Positions 58,831 to 64,000 of a stretch of DNA of 64,000 nt are shown here, in pieces. The stretch is from positions 64,001 to 128,000 of the IMG/VR virus record IMGVR_UViG_3300020123_000589; one strand, written 5' to 3'. The notes under the pieces are model-generated. The model did no database searches and was not told the origin of the DNA. It saw only the letters and a list, made by a program, of their open reading frames with translations. A program made the position numbers and the translations under genes. Positions within the stretch are counted from its first letter, which is position 1. Each line of letters starts with the position of its first letter. Source of the stretch: a virus.

Positions 58831-59076
58831 ATGCCAATACTAGCTCTTCTTTTAGCAGTAGCCAGTCCTAAAGTGCAAGATCCAGAAACGATTGTGCATA
58901 AATATGATAATTTTGATTTTGGAAAAATCAATCTTTCTATTAAAGGATTGAATACTGTGGAATTGAATAAAGATATTTATAGTGGCAAACATCTTCAAAT
59001 TGAAAGTGACGGATCTTGGAATGTTTCCACCCGTCAGCAGGAAGCTACATTGCAAGTGGCTTGGAAATTTAAATAA
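58831..59076 (+). CDS. small putatively exported beta-strand protein
   Basis: Short hydrophobic N-terminus; ends ATLQVAWKFK. Confidence 0.45.
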   Translation: MPILALLLAVASPKVQDPETIVHKYDNFDFGKINLSIKGLNTVELNKDIYSGKHLQIESDGSWNVSTRQQEATLQVAWKFK

Positions 59077-59236
59077 TGTCCAATTTTGAAGTAACACCTC
59101 CGCAGGTAGTGAATTTAATTTGTCCTCGGTGTAAACTTACGTGGATGAATAAAAATGGAAATGAAAACTTCTATTTTTGCTATGCTTGCAGTTTTATACT
59201 CTTTGATAGACAGGTAGAAGAGTTTAAAAAGGGATC

Positions 59237-59265
59237 TTGACAAAGTATTAATTTGGTGGTATAAT
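59237..59265 (+). promoter_or_regulatory. sigma70 consensus promoter ahead of small membrane ORF 59273-59422
   Basis: TTGACA-17-TATAAT with extended TG. Confidence 0.8.
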
Positions 59266-59550
59266 AAAGTAGATGAAAATAAAACTTTATAATTCTCTTG
59301 ACAACCCGTGGATCGCTTTTCCCTTGATGATCCTTATGTTCGTAATATTTATGTGGGGTGCCTTAAAGATCACGGGGCATATGCAAAAACCTCATAGTGT
59401 GGAGATTGTTAATGGAAAATAATGGACACAAATACAAAAATCAATGTAAAGCGCAAGTAGGACATTGCCCCTGGTGTACGCGCTGTGAAAATTGTGGTGA
59501 GATTTGGATTAACAGTGTAGATCGAGAATGTTCGAAAAAGGATAATTAAA

Positions 59551-60168
59551 ATGAATATTATACCCACTGTCGTAGAAAAAATGCAGGGTGCAGGTTCCAT
59601 GGTGAGTTATGATCTTTTGTCTCGTTTGATGCAGGATAGGATTTTGTTTGTAGGTGGTAATCATGGGGCTATCAGTTTAGATGACGCTAATATTCTAATC
59701 TCCCAGCTTTTGTATCTTGATTCAATAGATCCAGGTAAGAAAATTGAAATGTACATAAATTCTCCTGGTGGAGAAGTATCGGCGGGCCTTGCTATTCTGG
59801 ATACGATGAATCATATTCAGAGTCCGATTACAACCATTTGTTTGGGAATGGCGATGTCTTTTGGAGCAGTGCTGCTAAGTGCTGGAGAACCTGGAAAACG
59901 TTTTGCTCTTCCGAACGCTCGTATCATGATTCATCAACCCTTGATTTCTGGCGGTGGAATTTCTGGCCAAGCCACAGATATTGAGATTGAAGCCAAAGAA
60001 ATGACACATTGCAAAACCTCTCTTACAAAGATCCTAGCAGCAAATTGTAATCAGAAGTATGAGAAAGTACTTAAGGATTGTGAACGCAATTTTTATATGT
60101 CGGCTGAAGAAGCAAAAGAGTATGGTTTGATTGACAAGGTTATTTTGCCTAAGAAGCTGGAAAAGTAA
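59551..60168 (+). CDS. clpP: ClpP protease subunit
   Basis: SRLMQDRILF, MYINSPGG, GMAMSFG, RFALPNARIMIHQP, GQATDI, AEEAKEYGLID. Confidence 0.95.
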   Translation: MNIIPTVVEKMQGAGSMVSYDLLSRLMQDRILFVGGNHGAISLDDANILISQLLYLDSIDPGKKIEMYINSPGGEVSAGLAILDTMNHIQSPITTICLGMAMSFGAVLLSAGEPGKRFALPNARIMIHQPLISGGGISGQATDIEIEAKEMTHCKTSLTKILAANCNQKYEKVLKDCERNFYMSAEEAKEYGLIDKVILPKKLEK

Positions 60169-60297
60169 GGAACTGCCATTTTAAATGTTACTCGTATTAT
60201 TTACGTTTACATTCTCCTTGTATTTTTTATCGTAGGATCTTATTTATTTAATAAAGGGATCGTAACAGGAAGAGAAAAATACAGACACAGTAGAAAC

Positions 60298-60540
60298 ATG
60301 GAGTTGGCTTTGAAAAGTGCCTATCATTTTGGATATGTTGATGCAAAAGCTGGTAAGTCCGAAGATTGGGAAAATGGTGAAGAACAAGTGCCGCAAGTTT
60401 ATTGTACAGATTGTCAACAAGTAGATATGTGCCTTGGGATTATAGAACCAACACATATACAAATATCTTTGACTAGACCGAGTAAAATTTGGTTTAATTT
60501 ATACTGGATGACATTGGATGGTAAGAAGGAGTGTAAGTAG
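60298..60540 (+). CDS. hypothetical protein (start uncertain; frame open upstream to 60169)
   Basis: ORF track; the upstream in-frame stretch encodes a hydrophobic segment. Confidence 0.45.
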   Translation: MELALKSAYHFGYVDAKAGKSEDWENGEEQVPQVYCTDCQQVDMCLGIIEPTHIQISLTRPSKIWFNLYWMTLDGKKECK

Positions 60541-60860
60541 AGATGAAGCCCAACGCATTAACACAGTGTCAAATTAAAAAATCCTACCCAACCAAAGAAG
60601 CTGCGGATAAAACTGGGGCTTACTTGTACTTAGAAAAGCAAGTAGAAGTTGAAAGCTATCATTGTAACATCTGCTCCCAATATCATTTAACCAGGAGTAA
60701 TAAACGTGACAGATAAACAATGGAAAGCTAATATTCGTAGAATTAAAGATCCCAAGAAACTCTTAGCGATTATTGGGGCTGATGATTTTATGTTGGGGAC
60801 TGATCCTTATTACAACGATTTGTGGACAGTTATTTTTGAAAAGGCTAAGGAGCTTTCAAA

Positions 60861-61208
60861 ATGACGAATAAACAACTTGAAGCAGTAAACGTAAAGATAG
60901 CTAAGAAGATGGGATGGAAGCGTTTTAGAAAAGAACGGTTGCCAGATCCATTACAGAAAGAATCACGTATGACAGGGCTTGCTCCAGGGAATATACGTAA
61001 CCAGTTTGTTCCAGCTTTTACAAACAATCTTGCTTATGCTACGCAGCTTGTTGATTGGGCAAATGAGCATGGGTATTATTTTGAACTAGTAAAAAGTGCT
61101 ACGATGGAATTTTATGAAGTTTGTTTTAGAAAGTTAGATGATGAGTCTGTTGATTTTGGAACTCTTCCCTCAATGGCGATTTGTATGGCTTTTTTAAAGA
61201 TTAAGTGA
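60861..61208 (+). CDS. phage ABA-sandwich/Lar-associated-like hypothetical protein
   Basis: N..IAKKMGW...P.F..NL..A...SMAICMAFLK pattern. Confidence 0.55.
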   Translation: MTNKQLEAVNVKIAKKMGWKRFRKERLPDPLQKESRMTGLAPGNIRNQFVPAFTNNLAYATQLVDWANEHGYYFELVKSATMEFYEVCFRKLDDESVDFGTLPSMAICMAFLKIK

Positions 61209-61489
61209 AAATCTATTGTTCGCATTCTGACAAAATTTTCACTAAAGCTTCAAATTACTACCAATGTCGTTTTTGCCTTTTCTCGTGGTACGATAAAGAT
61301 CCAACTCCCATGATTGTAATTGGGTTTACGGATGTAACAGAAGTTGATCCAAAGTATTTTGAAAAACTTGAAGCAAAAGAAATTTCAAATAAAAAATTTG
61401 TTAGATGCCTTACGTGTAAGGATGTAGTTGAAAAAAGAAAACATATTCTTTGCACCGTGAAGAATTGGATTAAAAAAGCAGGTTTATAA
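61205..61489 (+). CDS. hypothetical Cys-containing protein
   Basis: GTGA overlap; two CxxC motifs. Confidence 0.5.
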   Translation: MKIYCSHSDKIFTKASNYYQCRFCLFSWYDKDPTPMIVIGFTDVTEVDPKYFEKLEAKEISNKKFVRCLTCKDVVEKRKHILCTVKNWIKKAGL

Positions 61490-61702
61490 TATTCTATTAT
61501 ATTTAATAGCTTGGACGTATCTATCGGAATATAACCGTTTCCATAACTTTACTGTTCATGGAAACAGTCCCTACTGTGCTGTAAATTACAAAACCAAAGA
61601 AATTAATTGTGTATACCAAACAATGGATGCATGTCGAGATACCCTACAAAATTACGATATGACTGTTTGTTATCCAAATAAATTTACTAAATAAGCTTTT
61701 AT

Positions 61703-62869
61703 ATGAATTCACTTTATCTTTTAGCCATTCTTATTTTCTTTAATCAGGGTATTGGCGGATTAGCTGCACAACCACTGTATTACTTTTTGCGTGAAACTTT
61801 GGGCATGGGTGTTCCAGCGATTATGGTCCTTGGAGCCCTTGCGAACCTTCCATGGTTGATTAAGCCTGTCTGGGGATTTCTTAGTGATTCAATAAGTATC
61901 TTTGGGTACCGTAGAAAAAGTTATATTGTTTTATTTGCGCTTTTAGGCACCATAGCTTTTCTCGCTATCGGCTTGTCACCATTTATTTCTCTGTCTATTC
62001 TTATCGGCTTGATGATTGTTGGGTCCATTGGGGAAGCTGGTGGAAATGTAGCTGTAAATGGCATGGGGATAGAAGAGGGTAATAAGGATGGAACTACAGG
62101 ACGTTTTCAATCCATAACCTGGGCGGCTTTAGGTGTTGGTTCTGTCCTTACAGGCGTTTCTGGTGGTTATATTGCTGAAAAGGCTTCCTATCATCTCGCT
62201 TACGTAATTCTCGCTATTTTCCCTATCCTAATCGCTATAATGGCCCTCAGACATCCAGAAGAAAGGGCAGAAGGTTCTAAAAAGAACGTGGGGCCAATAA
62301 TTAAGGATTTCCTATTAAAATTAAAAAATAAACAGATCCTTTTGTGTAGCCTTTTTGTATTTTTCCTTTGGTTCAGTCCTTCTTTTGGAACTCCACTTTT
62401 GGACAGAATGCGAACGGTTTTACATATGTCCAAAGTGTGGATTGGATGGCTAGATACAATTGGATCAGCTTGTGGAATTATCGGAGCTATGGTATACTTT
62501 AAAGTGAGCAAGAACATCAATATGAAGCGTTGGTTGTATTACGGAACCATCTTAAGTGCTTTGGCAACATTTGCTTATTTGTACCTAACGCCGACTACTT
62601 TGCTTTGGTATACGATTGTATTTGGAGTGGCAACACAGTTCATTCATTTGCTGATGCTTAACTTGATGGCGATGACTTGTCCAGAAGGAACTGAGGCAAC
62701 TACGTATGCTTTGTTGTGTTCGTTGGTGAATTGTGCATCTTTCTTTTCGAATATCGTTGGAGCTAAGTGTTTCGCTTTGTTTGGATATAATGGGCTGATT
62801 ATTATTTCAGGCGTTACTACCTTTATGTGTTTGGGATTTATTCCGTATCTTGAGGTAAAGAATGTTTGA
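61703..62869 (+). CDS. BT1-family (folate-biopterin) MFS transporter
   Basis: About 12 hydrophobic segments; LPWLIKPVWGFLSDSISIFGYRRKSY and CPEGTEATTYALL signatures. Confidence 0.85.
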   Translation: MNSLYLLAILIFFNQGIGGLAAQPLYYFLRETLGMGVPAIMVLGALANLPWLIKPVWGFLSDSISIFGYRRKSYIVLFALLGTIAFLAIGLSPFISLSILIGLMIVGSIGEAGGNVAVNGMGIEEGNKDGTTGRFQSITWAALGVGSVLTGVSGGYIAEKASYHLAYVILAIFPILIAIMALRHPEERAEGSKKNVGPIIKDFLLKLKNKQILLCSLFVFFLWFSPSFGTPLLDRMRTVLHMSKVWIGWLDTIGSACGIIGAMVYFKVSKNINMKRWLYYGTILSALATFAYLYLTPTTLLWYTIVFGVATQFIHLLMLNLMAMTCPEGTEATTYALLCSLVNCASFFSNIVGAKCFALFGYNGLIIISGVTTFMCLGFIPYLEVKNV

Positions 62870-63164
62870 AGTGGGAGATGTTATTGAATATGGTGGAGAA
62901 GGTTCTGAAGCATATATAGTTGATATTAATAGGAATAGTTTGTGTATATTATTTTTTGATGGTTCAATAGGTTGGCACGATATTCAAGATAGTAATTTTA
63001 AACGGACTTCAAAAAATTGGGATTCCAATAAATTGAGAAATATTATCGAACTTGGTTTTTCCAAAGGATGTCGAGTAAAAAGGGCTGGTTATATCGATAA
63101 TCTTACTTACATTGAGTTACTAGCCTGGACAAAAGAATATGCAGAACAAAGAACTCGAATATAA
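62862..63164 (+). CDS. hypothetical protein with DNL motif
   Basis: MFEVGDVI (SH3/KOW-like) start; IDNLTYIELLA near C-terminus. Confidence 0.6.
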   Translation: MFEVGDVIEYGGEGSEAYIVDINRNSLCILFFDGSIGWHDIQDSNFKRTSKNWDSNKLRNIIELGFSKGCRVKRAGYIDNLTYIELLAWTKEYAEQRTRI

Positions 63165-64000
63165 TTTCCTGAAGCATGTCCTTACCGATCCCAAATGTAT
63201 CCTGAAAGTACAGGAACATGGAATTGATGAGAACTTCTTCAATATTCCCACAGTATCAAAACTCTTTGGTATTACCGTTCGTTATTACCAAGCTTACGGA
63301 GCCCTTCCCACTTCCGCTGATGTTGAGTTAGTCCTTTCCTCTAGCAAATATACTGCCAATCTGGGTGATGATTTCAAAAAGCAAATAGCTGTCCTCTTCT
63401 CTGAAGTGTCAATTCTTTCCAATCCTCCCAACTTTGATTTGCTCCTTGATGAGTTGACCCAATACCACAAAACCAATTTATTCCAGCAATCTTTGTTTGC
63501 TGCCACTGAAGCTCTTACGAACAATAGCACAGATAAAGCGATTGAAGCCGTTAAGAAGTCGCTTGCGTCCATTGATAAGATTTTTGCTTCCAATTACGAT
63601 TTGAATGGCAGTATTGAAACTAACGCCAAACCTTTGTGGGATCAGTTCCTGGATGCAGAACAATATCCAGAAAAGTATAAGGGAATCAACGTGGGATTTG
63701 ATGGGTTTGATAAATTAACAGGTGGATTGGTTGGAGGCACAGTTACCTTAATTATTGGAGGTTGGAAATCTGCTAAGAGTGTCCTTTCCATGAATATGGC
63801 ACACAATGTTGCTACAAGCGATTTTGCTACTAAACGTGTTGGCAAAAGGGTTTTGTATCACGTTAATGAGGGACGGTTTGAATTGAACCAAGCTCGTCTT
63901 GCATCTTGTGCAACAGGAATCAACTATACTCGTTTAAGCAGAGCACTCAGAGGGCGCGTTGTGTTTACCCAAGCTGAACGTGATCTTTATGAGAAGTATT
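63139..64000 (+). CDS. DnaB-like replicative helicase (runs off the window)
   Basis: Open frame MQNKELEYNFL...GINVGFDGFDKLTGGLVGGTVTLIIGGWKSAKS...MNMAHN; variant Walker A. Confidence 0.8.
   Translation, partial: MQNKELEYNFLKHVLTDPKCILKVQEHGIDENFFNIPTVSKLFGITVRYYQAYGALPTSADVELVLSSSKYTANLGDDFKKQIAVLFSEVSILSNPPNFDLLLDELTQYHKTNLFQQSLFAATEALTNNSTDKAIEAVKKSLASIDKIFASNYDLNGSIETNAKPLWDQFLDAEQYPEKYKGINVGFDGFDKLTGGLVGGTVTLIIGGWKSAKSVLSMNMAHNVATSDFATKRVGKRVLYHVNEGRFELNQARLASCATGINYTRLSRALRGRVVFTQAERDLYEKY

Noticed and set aside
60166-60300. Readthrough of the ClpP stop into the in-frame downstream ORF
   Set aside because: ClpP ends at its normal length with TAA; a separate, possibly non-ATG start is simpler and cannot be resolved from sequence.
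826-63845. Numerous short minus-strand ORFs
   Set aside because: Antisense shadows of plus-strand genes without RBS or motifs; only 51096-51734 is credible.
1-64000. Stop-codon reassignment (TAG or TGA), as seen in some large phages
   Set aside because: Long genes are intact in the standard code, and TAG/TGA end genes at sensible boundaries with the next RBS or start adjacent.
1-64000. CRISPR array
   Set aside because: No regularly spaced repeat-spacer pattern seen; repeats are in-frame coding modules.

Overview
This window is a segment of a large, AT-rich tailed-phage genome with a contractile-tail (myovirus) gene set. It uses the standard genetic code and is almost entirely on the + strand. 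The first ~46 kb is the virion module. It runs from a prohead protease-scaffold fusion, a decoration protein and the major capsid protein through an RNA-gene island, a lysis cassette and many fibre/Ig-like proteins. It continues with neck, sheath, tube, a frameshifted tail chaperone, tape measure, baseplate and tail fibres. The region from ~46 to 64 kb holds early/accessory genes: amidase, methionine aminopeptidase, SprT, small zinc-finger proteins, tRNAs, an SF2 helicase, a metallophosphoesterase, a nucleotidyltransferase, exported adhesin-like proteins, ClpP, a BT1 folate/biopterin transporter and the start of a DnaB-like helicase. Five free-standing homing-type endonucleases are present (3 HNH, 2 GIY-YIG). 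The standout observation is a 242-nt group I intron nine codons from the end of the capsid gene. Its 5' end re-encodes the downstream exon (unspliced KSIVKIVVS*, spliced KGIVKIVVS*) using mostly synonymous codons, so both RNA forms can yield a full-length capsid protein. Also notable are a shared C-terminal DNL-x-Y/F-I-E motif on eight proteins, a ~0.9 kb structured-RNA island and non-canonical tRNAs. There is also a possible RBS-sequestering pseudoknot and a ClpP with Asn at the catalytic Asp position. All calls come from reading motifs by eye; no database searches were run.
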